Below, one piece after another: positions 9,209-19,503 of a DNA stretch of 58,336 nucleotides (position 1 is the first letter of the stretch; each line of letters starts with the position of its first letter). A model generated the notes under the pieces. The model saw only the letters and a list, made by a program, of their open reading frames with translations, ran no database searches and had not been told where the DNA came from. The stretch covers positions 1 to 58,336 of the forward strand of contig CALAOV010000140.1 in assembly GCA_937889515.1 (NCBI GenBank), read 5' to 3'. The stretch is from an uncultured Myxococcales bacterium. GTDB taxonomy: Bacteria; Myxococcota_A; Polyangia; Fen-1088. A program made the translations under genes and the position numbers.

Positions 9209-10603
9209 GTGAGCCCAGACAATGAAGACGGCGACGCGGCCTCCGGCGGGGTCGCCCCGGCGGAGAAGGTCTCGAAGCTCGGGAAGTTCATCCAGACCTA
9301 CCACGGCTTCCTGTCGAGCTTCGTCATCGGCGTGGCGGGCCTGGTGGCCACGTCGATCTGGCAGTACCGCCAGTCTCAGATCGCGGCCCAGCAGGCGCAC
9401 TCGGAGCAGACCATCGCGGAGACCAAGGCGGAGAACGACTGGCGCATCGCCCGCGCCGAGATCCTGTCCAAGAACCTGAACGTGCTGTCGGCGCAGGGGC
9501 CCGGCAGCGCCGACCAGCGTTTCGGCGTGCTGCTGTCGCTCACGCGCGGCGCGATCATCGATCCCGAGCTGGCGGTTTCTTACGCCATGGAGCTGGGCAA
9601 GGACAACCCGACCTACATGCGCACGGTGCTGGAAGCGACCGGGCAAAAGAACTACGACCAGCTGGCGCAAGGGTTCAAGCTGACCTGTGTCGAGCGATAC
9701 GGCGTCGAGAAGGCGACCGAGCTCTGCAAGGACGACGCGCTGGCCGACCGATCGGACGCCATCGCCCAGGTGATCCTCGACGAGATGGAAGCCGCCGAGG
9801 CGGTCCGCGCGGCCCCCGGCAACGGCCCCCTGTCGCTCTTGCACGAAGAGCGGGAGGTGCAGGCGTTCCCGGGCAAGATGGCCTGGCTGTTCGAACCCTA
9901 CCTGCAGGATCTCTATGAACGCCGGCAGTGGCAGGAGATCCAGCGCTTCGAGAATTACTCGGCGGGCGCGCGCCTGGTCGGTGCGCTGGTCCTCTCGACG
10001 GCGCGCACCGGCGAGATGGTGAGCACCACCGAGGCCGCCGACCTCGATCGCTTTCACGCCGACCACCGCAAGTGGCTGGCGTCGTATCTGCTGAGCGCGA
10101 CCTGTGCCGCCGAGTGCCGCGGCAAGCTGGTCGACGTTATGCTCAGCTCGTACGGCGAAGCGCAGGGCGACTACGACGAGCCGTTCCGCCGGCTCTTGCT
10201 GCAGTCGCGCGTCGAGGCGGCCCCCGCCTATGCGCACCTGCACCCGCGGCTGCTCTGGTGCCAGGTCGACGCCGATGATCTGGCGATGTTCCGCGATCGC
10301 GTGCTGGTCCCCGCGCTCACGACGGCGCTGGCCGACGCCAAGACCGATCCGACGTTGGTCGAGGATCTGGTCGGCCTGCTCGCGCTGGTGCCGGAGCCCG
10401 CCGCGACCGCTGCCGCGGCACTGGACGCCTGGAAGAAGGCGCTCGCCGCGCTCGGGCGGCCGGGCGAGCATCTGCAGCGCACGTTCAATTCACGGCGGGC
10501 CGCCTCGGCGCACGAACGTTCCAATCCGCCCCCCATGATCAAGAAGGTGAACTTCTGCAACGCGGCCGCGATGGCGGCGGCCCCGGCGCCCGCGCAGCCA
10601 TGA
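9209..10603 (+). CDS. Hypothetical membrane-anchored helical protein
   Basis: 464 aa ORF with strong GC3 bias, one N-terminal TM (FLSSFVIGVAGLVATSIW), several Cys; ATGA overlap with the MFS gene. Confidence 0.75.
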   Translation: MSPDNEDGDAASGGVAPAEKVSKLGKFIQTYHGFLSSFVIGVAGLVATSIWQYRQSQIAAQQAHSEQTIAETKAENDWRIARAEILSKNLNVLSAQGPGSADQRFGVLLSLTRGAIIDPELAVSYAMELGKDNPTYMRTVLEATGQKNYDQLAQGFKLTCVERYGVEKATELCKDDALADRSDAIAQVILDEMEAAEAVRAAPGNGPLSLLHEEREVQAFPGKMAWLFEPYLQDLYERRQWQEIQRFENYSAGARLVGALVLSTARTGEMVSTTEAADLDRFHADHRKWLASYLLSATCAAECRGKLVDVMLSSYGEAQGDYDEPFRRLLLQSRVEAAPAYAHLHPRLLWCQVDADDLAMFRDRVLVPALTTALADAKTDPTLVEDLVGLLALVPEPAATAAAALDAWKKALAALGRPGEHLQRTFNSRRAASAHERSNPPPMIKKVNFCNAAAMAAAPAPAQP

Positions 10604-11940
10604 GCGAGACCCGCGGCCGCACGCTGCTGGACATGAATGGCTACCAGTGGACGGTGCTGTTCGCCGCCTGGCTGGGCTGGGGCTTCGACTGCTTCGACGG
10701 GCTGCTCTTCAACTACGTGGCGCCCAACTGCGTGCCGACGCTGCTGGGGCTGTCGATCGGGTCGGCGGCCGCCAAGGCCGCGACGCTGCGCTGGGGCGGC
10801 ATCTTGACCTCGATGCTGCTGCTCGGCTGGGCCACCGGCGGCATCCTGTTCGGTCAGATCGCCGATCGAATCGGCCGCACGCGCACGTTGACGCTGACCA
10901 TGTTGCTGTACGCGCTCGGCACCGCCTGCTGCGCGATGGCGCCCAACATCTGGGCGCTCATCGCCTTCCGGCTGATCGCCAGCCTCGGAATCGGCGGCGA
11001 GTGGGCGGCCGGCGCCGCCATGGTCGCCGAGGTGGTCCCCGAACGCCGCCGCGTCGAGGCCGGCGCGCTGCTCTACACCTCGGCGCCGGCCGGGCTGTTC
11101 CTGGCCACGTTCGCGAACTTCCAGATCGCGGGCGTGGTCTTCAAGGGGACCCCCGAGACTTCCTGGCGCTACGTCTTTCTCTGCGGCCTCATCCCCGCTG
11201 CGGTGGCGTTCGTGGTCCGCATCTTCGTGCGCGAGCCCGAGCGCTGGAAGGCGATCGCGACTTCGGGTACCAGCCGGCCACGCCTCCGCGAGCTCTTCAC
11301 CACCGAGAACCGCGCGCTCACCCTGAGCGGCTTTTCCATGGCGCTCGTCGCGCTCATCACCTGGTGGAGCATCAACGCCTTCATCCCGATCGTCTCGACC
11401 GGCCTCGCGCAGACGACCGCCAAGGCGCAGGGCTTCGCCAAGCCGGCCACGCTGGCGCTGGTCGAGCACTGGAAGGCGCTGGCGACCAACGTCTTCAACC
11501 TGGGCGGCCTCATCGGCACGCTGCTCACCATCCCCGCCGCCAAGCTGATGGGCCGACGCAAGATGTTCGGCCTTTACTACTTCCTGTCGGGGATCGCCGT
11601 CCTGGCGACCTTCGGTCTCGATCTGACGCCGCTGTCGCGGCTCTACATGTATTTCTTCATCGGTGTGACGGTGTTCGGCGTCTTCGGCAGCTTCACCTAC
11701 TACCTGCCCGAGCTCTTCCCGACCCGCCTGCGCGGTACGGGCGCCGGCTTTTGCTACAACATCGGCCGGGTGATCGCGGCCGCCGGTCCCTTTCTGGTCG
11801 GAACGGTCGCCGCCCGGGGCGTCAACTCGCTCCAGACCGCGCTGCACGCGCTGTTCTGGGTCGGCGTCGTTCCGCTGGCCGGGGTGGCCCTGGCTCTCTC
11901 CCCGCTGGTCGTAGAGACCAAGGGCCGCGTGCTGGCCTAG
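10600..11940 (+). CDS. MFS transporter
   Basis: GQIADRIGRTRTL motif A, GIGGEWAAGAAMVAE, ELFPTRLRGTG; about 12 TMs. Confidence 0.92.
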   Translation: MSETRGRTLLDMNGYQWTVLFAAWLGWGFDCFDGLLFNYVAPNCVPTLLGLSIGSAAAKAATLRWGGILTSMLLLGWATGGILFGQIADRIGRTRTLTLTMLLYALGTACCAMAPNIWALIAFRLIASLGIGGEWAAGAAMVAEVVPERRRVEAGALLYTSAPAGLFLATFANFQIAGVVFKGTPETSWRYVFLCGLIPAAVAFVVRIFVREPERWKAIATSGTSRPRLRELFTTENRALTLSGFSMALVALITWWSINAFIPIVSTGLAQTTAKAQGFAKPATLALVEHWKALATNVFNLGGLIGTLLTIPAAKLMGRRKMFGLYYFLSGIAVLATFGLDLTPLSRLYMYFFIGVTVFGVFGSFTYYLPELFPTRLRGTGAGFCYNIGRVIAAAGPFLVGTVAARGVNSLQTALHALFWVGVVPLAGVALALSPLVVETKGRVLA

Positions 11941-12023
11941 TCGGCTCGACGCGCCCCGGCAGCGTCTTACCTGGACCCGACGGACCTGAGGTAGACTACG
12001 TTCCGGCGATCGGAGGCAGTCAG

Positions 12024-13250
12024 ATGATGGCCCAGTGGTCCCGCTCCGCGTTCTGGATTGGTATCGGTGCGCTCGCGTTCTCTCTGGGCTGCGCCAGCAG
12101 CGACCCCTCCGGATCCCCGGGGACCGGAGGCAGCGGCGCGACGGGCGGTAACGGCGCCACGGGCGGGACCGGCGCGGCGGCGGGGACCACGGGCGCGGCG
12201 GCCGGAACCAGCGGAGCCTCCGCCGGGACCAACGGCGCGACCGCCGGAACGACTGGCGCAGCAGCGGGAACCAGCGGCGCGAACGGCGGAACGACCGGCG
12301 CAGCAGCGGGAACCAGCGGCGCGAACGGCGGCACCGCCGGAACCAACGGAACGGGCGGTTCGGTGACCGGCGGAAGGGGGGGAGGCGGAACCGCCGGCCA
12401 CGCTGGAGCCGGTGGTGGCAGCGGAACCGCCGGCCACGCCGGAGCCGGCGGCAACGCGACCGGCGGCAGCGGCGGAGCCGCAGGAAGCGGGGCCGGCGGT
12501 GCGGGTGGAACCGTTCCGTTCAAGGGCGTCGCCAACTCACCCTGCGCGGATCGCACCGCCTTGAACATTTCCTGGTACTACAACTGGGAGCAGACCGAGA
12601 ATGAGGCCTGCAGCAACGGCAAGGGCGGCGTCTTCGTCCCGATGATCTGGGGCCACACCGGGAGCGAGCAGAGCGCGTCCGGCATCACCAGCTCGATCTC
12701 GTCGTTCGTGAGCAAGGGCTACCCCTACGTGCTCGGCTTCAACGAGCCCGACAACAGCACGCAGTCCAACATCGCCGTCGCCACCGCGGTCTCGCTCTGG
12801 CCATCCTTCCTCAACCCGGCGATCAAGACGGTCAGCCCGGCCGCACAGGCCAACACCACCGGTCAGGCCTGGTTCACCACCTTCATCGGCGACGTGAACG
12901 CCAACAGCACCGGCCTGCGCACCGATGTCATCGGCCTGCATTGGTACGGATGGAACGCCGGCTCGTGCGACGCCGCCGCCTCGCAGCTCAACGGCTACCT
13001 CAACTGGGCGGAGGGCTTCGCCGGCAATCGCCCGATCTGGCTCACCGAATGGGGCTGCCTCAACCTCAGCGCGCCCGACGTCCAGACGGTGGTGAACTTC
13101 TACAAGGGCGCCCTAGCCGTCTTCGCAAAACATCCCCGGGTCCAGCGTTACGCCTGGTACCCCTGGTCGACCAACCTGGCGCTCACCAACTCCGACGGCT
13201 CGCTGACCGCCCTCGGAACCGCCTACGCCGCCGCCCCCTCATACAAGTAG
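12024..13250 (+). CDS. Lipoprotein with Gly/Thr/Ala linker and C-terminal GH128-like (Glyco_hydro_cc) beta-1,3-glucanase domain
   Basis: GGAGG RBS, lipobox SLGC, SWYYNW, FVPMIWG, LGFNEPD, LHWY, PIWLTEWG, RYAWY. Confidence 0.85.
   Translation: MMAQWSRSAFWIGIGALAFSLGCASSDPSGSPGTGGSGATGGNGATGGTGAAAGTTGAAAGTSGASAGTNGATAGTTGAAAGTSGANGGTTGAAAGTSGANGGTAGTNGTGGSVTGGRGGGGTAGHAGAGGGSGTAGHAGAGGNATGGSGGAAGSGAGGAGGTVPFKGVANSPCADRTALNISWYYNWEQTENEACSNGKGGVFVPMIWGHTGSEQSASGITSSISSFVSKGYPYVLGFNEPDNSTQSNIAVATAVSLWPSFLNPAIKTVSPAAQANTTGQAWFTTFIGDVNANSTGLRTDVIGLHWYGWNAGSCDAAASQLNGYLNWAEGFAGNRPIWLTEWGCLNLSAPDVQTVVNFYKGALAVFAKHPRVQRYAWYPWSTNLALTNSDGSLTALGTAYAAAPSYK
12255..12331 (+). repeat. Intragenic 35-nt exact direct repeat (42-nt period) encoding GAAAGTSGANGG
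   Basis: GGCGCAGCAGCGGGAACCAGCGGCGCGAACGGCGG at 12255 and 12297. Confidence 0.85.
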
Positions 13251-13273
13251 CGGCGGCGCAGCCGGCGGGGGTA

Positions 13274-14508
<1,235 letters not shown>

Positions 14509-14529
14509 GCAGCGCTACCATCGCAATCG

Positions 14530-14916
14530 GTGAGACGGGCAATTCGGCTTTTCGCGCTGGCGGCCCTGGGTGGGCAGCTGGCCGCTATCGCCGACGCGCT
14601 GTTCGTGGAGCACGTCACCTGCGCCGAGCACGGCGACCGGATCCACGTCACGTCGCACGGGCCCGCCCCCGTCGCCCAGACCTGGGCCGGGGTCGGCGCC
14701 GCGATCGCCGGCACCGCAGACGAGCACGACCAATGTCTCCTCGACGAGGACGGCGACCAGGCCCCCGCCACCGCGCCGACGGCGCTTTGCCTGCCCGCCC
14801 TGGCCCAGGCGTCCCCGCCCCACTTCGAGCCAGGGGCGCCCGCCGTCCGGCGGGCGCCCCTCTACCGCCTCGCGCCCAAGAACTCCCCGCCAGAGAAGTC
14901 GCGTCCGTTGGTCTGA
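14530..14916 (+). CDS. Secreted His/Cys-containing small protein, DUF2946-like, ending in LAPKNSPP (candidate regulatory leader ORF)
   Basis: GTG start 8 nt after TACCAT; signal-like N-terminus; EHVTCAEHG and EHDQC; Pro-rich linker; RAPLYRLAPKNSPP. Confidence 0.7.
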   Translation: MRRAIRLFALAALGGQLAAIADALFVEHVTCAEHGDRIHVTSHGPAPVAQTWAGVGAAIAGTADEHDQCLLDEDGDQAPATAPTALCLPALAQASPPHFEPGAPAVRRAPLYRLAPKNSPPEKSRPLV

Positions 14917-14934
14917 ATCTTTCCGCGACTTTTT
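14893..14934 (+). promoter_or_regulatory. RNA hairpin spanning the leader-ORF stop codon, next to the downstream RBS
   Basis: GAGAAGTCGCG (14893-14903) pairs with CGCGACTTTTT (14924-14934, two GU pairs), followed by CTTCTG and AAGGAG RBS at 14942. Confidence 0.55.
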
Positions 14935-14953
14935 CTTCTGCAAGGAGCTCGTC

Positions 14954-16003
14954 ATGAATCGATCTGCGAATCGTCTGGTACTGCTTTGTCTGGTGTCCTC
15001 AACCGCCGCGCTCGCCTCGGGCTGCGCCACCGTCGTCGAGGGCAACGAACGCGCGCTTTTCTATTCGGCCGGCCATGGCCTCAGCAAGGATCCGGTGCCG
15101 AGCGGCTGGTACTGGCACCTGCCCTGGAACGACTACATCACCTACGACCTGCGCTGGACCTCGCACACGGAAGAGATCCACATCCATTCCAAGGACGGCT
15201 TGCACATGAACATCGACGTGGCGGTGGTGGTGCGGCCCGATCCGAGCGAGATCTACGCGCTCGACACCGAGGTGGGCCCGAAATTCTACGAAGCGGTGGT
15301 CAAGGCCGCGGTGTTCGCGGCGGCGCGCGACGCCTCGGGGCAGTTCGACCACATGCAGATCGCCACCCAGACCCATTCCTTGGAGCGCGCGATCCACGAC
15401 GCGCTGATGGAGCATCTCAAGGGCAAGCACATCGAGCTGTCGGAGGTCGCCATCCAGCACTTCGATCTGCCGCCCGAGGTCGAGATCGCCGTCAACCGCA
15501 AGGCCAGCGAAGGGCAGCTGGTGAGCGCCAAGGAGGTCGAGCTGACGCTGGCGCAGCGCGAGGCGAAGATCACCGTCGAGAAGAAGCGGGGCGTGCTCGA
15601 GGCCGAGGGGGTCGAGCGTTCGCTGCGCGCCGAGCAACAGCTCGCCGAGAACACCGCCCAGATCAAGATCGAGGAAGAGAAGCGAAAATCCGAGCTGTCC
15701 AAGGCGCAGACCGAAGCCGAAGCGATCAAGATCCGGGCCGACGCCGACGCGCACGCCATCCGGGTGCGCGCGGACGCCGACCGGGTGCGCATCCAGGCCG
15801 CTTCGCAGAACCTCTCGCCCAACTACGTGCGCATCCAGGCGCTGGAGGCGCTGTCGCACGTGATGGGGACGGGCGCTGGCAAGATGATGGTGTTGCCCGT
15901 CGGCAAGGATGGCCTGCCGGCCTATTTCGGGGCCTTCCTGAACCCATTCAGTAACTTCATGGGCGCGGTGTCCGGCTCGAACGACGGCACGGCCAAAATG
16001 TGA
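14954..16003 (+). CDS. SPFH/band 7/prohibitin-domain lipoprotein
   Basis: AAGGAG RBS, lipobox LASGC, V...ERA..GWYWHLPWN..Y, SKDGL..D, coiled-coil EAEAIKIRA, LSPNYVRIQALE. Confidence 0.88.
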   Translation: MNRSANRLVLLCLVSSTAALASGCATVVEGNERALFYSAGHGLSKDPVPSGWYWHLPWNDYITYDLRWTSHTEEIHIHSKDGLHMNIDVAVVVRPDPSEIYALDTEVGPKFYEAVVKAAVFAAARDASGQFDHMQIATQTHSLERAIHDALMEHLKGKHIELSEVAIQHFDLPPEVEIAVNRKASEGQLVSAKEVELTLAQREAKITVEKKRGVLEAEGVERSLRAEQQLAENTAQIKIEEEKRKSELSKAQTEAEAIKIRADADAHAIRVRADADRVRIQAASQNLSPNYVRIQALEALSHVMGTGAGKMMVLPVGKDGLPAYFGAFLNPFSNFMGAVSGSNDGTAKM

Positions 16004-16086
16004 GATCGACGTGAGGTCGGCGTGAGGTCGCGCGCCCGGTGCGATCTAACGCTTGGGGCAGCCTCGCGGTCGCGGCCGGGCTCGAC

Positions 16087-16473
16087 CTAGCGCCTCAGCA
16101 ACATCACGGTGGCGCCCGCGCCGCCGTCGCGCGGGCGCGCCGAGGCAAACGCCAGCACGCCCGCGCGCGCGGCGGCCGGGCTCGACAGCCATTGCCAGAT
16201 CGCGGGCCGCAACACCGACGCGCCCGCCTCCGAGTTGTGGCCGCGCCCGTGAATGACCAGCGCCGCCCTGGCGCCGCGTCCGCGCGCCGCCGCGACGAAT
16301 CGCGCCATCCCGCGCACCGCTTCGTCGCGGAGGCGGCCGTGCAGATCCAGCCGCGCCTGCACGGGGGGCTCGCCGTTGCGCAAGGCATGCAAGATCTTCA
16401 CGCTCACGTCGGGCGCGCGGCCCGTGATCATGTCGCCGCTCTCCTCGACGACGAAGGAGGGCGTTTCCACCAC
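16087..16473 (-). CDS. Smr/MutS2 C-terminal domain protein
   Basis: LDLHG, LVIHGRG, DGGAGATVMLL; GTG start just after the upstream stop codon. Confidence 0.9.
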   Translation of the reverse strand: MVETPSFVVEESGDMITGRAPDVSVKILHALRNGEPPVQARLDLHGRLRDEAVRGMARFVAAARGRGARAALVIHGRGHNSEAGASVLRPAIWQWLSSPAAARAGVLAFASARPRDGGAGATVMLLRR

Positions 16474-16475
16474 TC

Positions 16476-17015
16476 TCAGAGCTTGCGGAACGTGTCGATC
16501 ACCTGGTGGATGACCTTGCCGTTCGGATCGTGGCGCGCCCGATCGATGACGCCGATCATGGTCAGCTTCGAGTGAAACGCGACGCCGGTGTGTCCGCCTT
16601 CGCGCCCCCACTGCTCGAGCAGGCCCGCCTGCCCTTTGCCGAGCGCGTCCGGATCGCGGTATTCGCAGACCAGCGTGTCGATGGTCTGCACGCGCCCCTG
16701 CTCGCAGTAAGACGCGCCGTACGGGACCGGCTGCAGGGGTGCAAAGCCCTCCGGCGCGAGGCCCGCACCCCGCCAGGCATTCTCGACCGCATCGGTGTGG
16801 GGCGTGCCGTCGACGTGCTGTGCCGGTGCTGCCGCCAGTGGCGCGCCGGCCGCGGCAGGCGCGCCGGGCGGTGCCGCCGCGGGAGCTCCCGATGAGGGCG
16901 CGCCGCTCTGGTGGCAACCACCCGGGATCAGCAACCCGCCGACCAGCAACCCGCCGGCCAGCAACCCGCCGACCAACCGGCTGGCAAGCTCCCACCGATC
17001 ACGCTTCGTGTTCAT
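16476..17015 (-). CDS. Hypothetical lipoprotein
   Basis: Hydrophobic h-region ending IPGGC, Ala/Pro linker, small domain with a Cys pair (YCEQG...LVCEY). Confidence 0.75.
   Translation of the reverse strand: MNTKRDRWELASRLVGGLLAGGLLVGGLLIPGGCHQSGAPSSGAPAAAPPGAPAAAGAPLAAAPAQHVDGTPHTDAVENAWRGAGLAPEGFAPLQPVPYGASYCEQGRVQTIDTLVCEYRDPDALGKGQAGLLEQWGREGGHTGVAFHSKLTMIGVIDRARHDPNGKVIHQVIDTFRKL
16929..16973. repeat. 15-nt tandem repeat x3 encoding (V/A)GGLL in a signal peptide
   Basis: CAGCAACCCGCCG(A/G)C three times. Confidence 0.85.
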
Positions 17016-17032
17016 GATCATCGTCCTGGACC

Positions 17033-18007
17033 TCAACGGTGAAAGCCGTTCCCGTGGGACGCCGGGCGCGGGCCACCGCCACCGCCGCCGTTATGCCAGC
17101 CGTTTCCCGCAGGGGCCGGGCCACCTCCGCGTGAGGGACCGCCGTGCCCACCGTTGTTGGCGGGCGCAGCCGGCGCGCCCCGGAAGCCGCCGCCCCGCTC
17201 GGGGGGTGGCCCGCCATGCCAGCCGCCGCCCCGCTCGGGCGGACCGCCGTGCGGACCCGGCCCATGTCCGTGCTCCCGCTGCTCGAAATTGCGGTGTTCC
17301 TCGCGATGCATCTCGCGCTCGCGGTGCATCTCCTGTCCGCGATGCATCTCCTCCTCGCGGCGCTCGTGCATCGCCATGTCGCGCCGTTCCATGCCGGGAG
17401 GTCCCTCGCGCCAACCCGGGCCCCCCCGAACCGGACCGGGGCCGGGCCCACCACGCCAACCGCCACCGACGAAGATCTCGCCGCGGAACGCGGGCGGCGC
17501 GACGCGCACGTCGATCTCCGGCCGCGCGAAAATGAGCGGCGCATAGACGTCGTTGATCACCACGAATCGCGGCTGATCACTGTAGTAGACGGGGTCGTAC
17601 GCGCCGACGTACCAGTAGGCGCCCCCGCGCATCTCGAACTGGGCCTGCGGCGGCGGCGCGTACCAGTGGGAGTGGGGCCCGCGAATGTAACAGTAGGCCG
17701 GTCCGCCGAGCTGCACGCTGGCGTCGGCGATCGGATGCGGCCCGTAGAACGAGTACTTCGGGCCGTCGTAGTCGAACGGCGTCGGATCCCCGACGAAGTA
17801 GTACTGCCCGTCGACCTGCCGGTATAGGCGCGGATCCGAGGGCGGATAGTCGTGAAAATGGGGGACATCGATGTCGCAGAATCCGTGCCCGACCCGCTTG
17901 GGGAGCGGATGCCGGGACATGTACTGGACGACCTCCGCCTGGGCCGCGCCCGCGGCGCCGACGAAAGTGAGCAAAAAGACAGAAACGACCAAGGCTCGAC
18001 GCATCAT
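17033..18007 (-). CDS. Secreted protein with a duplicated His/Cys domain and a Gly/Arg/His-rich disordered tail
   Basis: AGGAG RBS; signal peptide ending AQA; two HP-x9-11-C-x-I-x2-PH-x-H-x-Y repeats; EMHR and GGGW tail repeats. Confidence 0.8.
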   Translation of the reverse strand: MMRRALVVSVFLLTFVGAAGAAQAEVVQYMSRHPLPKRVGHGFCDIDVPHFHDYPPSDPRLYRQVDGQYYFVGDPTPFDYDGPKYSFYGPHPIADASVQLGGPAYCYIRGPHSHWYAPPPQAQFEMRGGAYWYVGAYDPVYYSDQPRFVVINDVYAPLIFARPEIDVRVAPPAFRGEIFVGGGWRGGPGPGPVRGGPGWREGPPGMERRDMAMHERREEEMHRGQEMHREREMHREEHRNFEQREHGHGPGPHGGPPERGGGWHGGPPPERGGGFRGAPAAPANNGGHGGPSRGGGPAPAGNGWHNGGGGGGPRPASHGNGFHR

Positions 18008-18204
18008 GTCTCCTTTTGGGGCCGGTGATCATACGCGATCCGGTCGTCGGGGATACGCCCAGACATCTCGAACGAAGATGAAAAAATCCGAGGGGGCCGA
18101 GCACAAACCAAACAGGCTGTATTGGCCGATACGGGTCGCGAACGGTCTTGATTCCAAAGGCCCAATCGCGCACGGTGAAAGGCGGTTCTCACGTGGAGGG
18201 GGAG

Positions 18205-18588
18205 ATGGTGCAAAAGAAGGTCCTGCTGGTGGAAGACGATCTCGAGATTCGGGACGTTCTTCAGGATCTTCTCGAGGCCGAAGGCTACGACGTCATCCCC
18301 GCCAGCCACGGACGACAGGCGCTCGACTATCTGGAAAGCGCGCCCGTCGATGCGCTCCCCGATCTGGTGGTGCTCGACCTGATGATTCCCCTGGTCAACG
18401 GGACGCAGGTGCTCGCCGCGATGAAGCGCGATCCCAAGCTCGCGCCGATTCCGGTCGTCGTGCTCAGCGCCGCCACCCGCGAGCGCCCGGCAGGCGCCGC
18501 CGCGTTTCTCCCCAAGCCGATCCCCCTGCAGACGCTGTTCGAAACCATCCGCGGCTTCGTCGACGCCGGCCTGCCCCAGCTGACCTAG
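18205..18588 (+). CDS. Single-domain response regulator (receiver)
   Basis: VLLVEDD, PDLVVLDLMIP, VLSA, FLPKP. Confidence 0.92.
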   Translation: MVQKKVLLVEDDLEIRDVLQDLLEAEGYDVIPASHGRQALDYLESAPVDALPDLVVLDLMIPLVNGTQVLAAMKRDPKLAPIPVVVLSAATRERPAGAAAFLPKPIPLQTLFETIRGFVDAGLPQLT

Positions 18589-18606
18589 CGGCGATCTGAG
18601 CGGCGA

Positions 18607-19341
18607 CTAGCGATCGAGGCGGGTCGGGCTGTCGCCCTCGTAGCCGGCGGGGTTCGGGACGGGCGCTGGCGGCTTCTCCCCGGCCGCGACCAGCTCCGGG
18701 AGCGCCGTCGCCGGCTGCAAGCTGGCCGACTGGACGTCTTCCTTCTCGATGATCGGCAGATCCTTGGCGGCGATCTCACAGCTCTGTCGAATCGTGCGGG
18801 CACGCCCGATCTCGCCCAGGCGGTAATAGGCCACCACCCGCCAGAAGCAGGCCTCCGCGTCGGCACGCGAGTCGAACCCGCGCAGATGGAAGAGCACCGT
18901 CTGCCAGCGATCGGACTGACCCGGCTCCCGCGCGGCCTTCTCCGCGTCGTCGAGCTGATCGCGTCGATTCTGGGACAGCGCCTTGCGCGCGGCCGCGGCG
19001 TGGCTGGGGAAGGGGGTGATCTCGACGTTGTCGTTGATGGTATGGGCCTGTTCGCGCCCCGCCTTCAATCGCGCCGCCCGTGACCCCTTGCCACGGGTCG
19101 CCAGGGGCTTGGCGTTGTTCGCGGGCCCCTTTGCCTTGGGGGTGGCCTTCTTGCGCCTGGTCTTGCCCGCGGTTTTCGTACCGGTTTTCCCGGTCTTGCC
19201 CGCGGTCTCGGTGGGGGCGCTCTCCGCCGCGCCGGCGGCCCCGGTCGTTCCCTCCGCCGCACGCGACCCGGTCGGGGCCAGCCCGAGAGCAACCACCAAG
19301 ACCATTGAAAGCCACCGTCTTACGTAGCGCGTTCGGCCCAT
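18607..19341 (-). CDS. Hypothetical secreted protein (Lys-rich N-terminal region, TPR-like C-terminal region)
   Basis: Signal peptide, basic low-complexity region, AEACFWRVVAYYRLGEIGRAR helix pair. Confidence 0.7.
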   Translation of the reverse strand: MGRTRYVRRWLSMVLVVALGLAPTGSRAAEGTTGAAGAAESAPTETAGKTGKTGTKTAGKTRRKKATPKAKGPANNAKPLATRGKGSRAARLKAGREQAHTINDNVEITPFPSHAAAARKALSQNRRDQLDDAEKAAREPGQSDRWQTVLFHLRGFDSRADAEACFWRVVAYYRLGEIGRARTIRQSCEIAAKDLPIIEKEDVQSASLQPATALPELVAAGEKPPAPVPNPAGYEGDSPTRLDR

Positions 19342-19503
19342 GCGGGGAGCCTATCCGTTCGTTGCATTTGCCGCAAAAGCGCATTTCGTACCGCGGCGCG
19401 TGGTTCGAGGTGATTGCCGAAAGTCCGGCGCGATCTCTTTTCTCGTTCCCCCTTGGGGTCCGAGCTCGCCCGGGGGTAGGATAATTGGCCCCTCGGAAGC
19501 TCC

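Noticed and set aside
10647-12023. N-terminal extension of the 867-aa ORF
   Set aside because: Off-frame overlap with the MFS gene; the real gene starts at 12024 after a GGAGG RBS with a lipoprotein signal.
16000-16031. 11-nt period GTGAG(A/G)TCG x3 after the SPFH gene
   Set aside because: Real but short, located between convergent genes, with no supporting context for a function.
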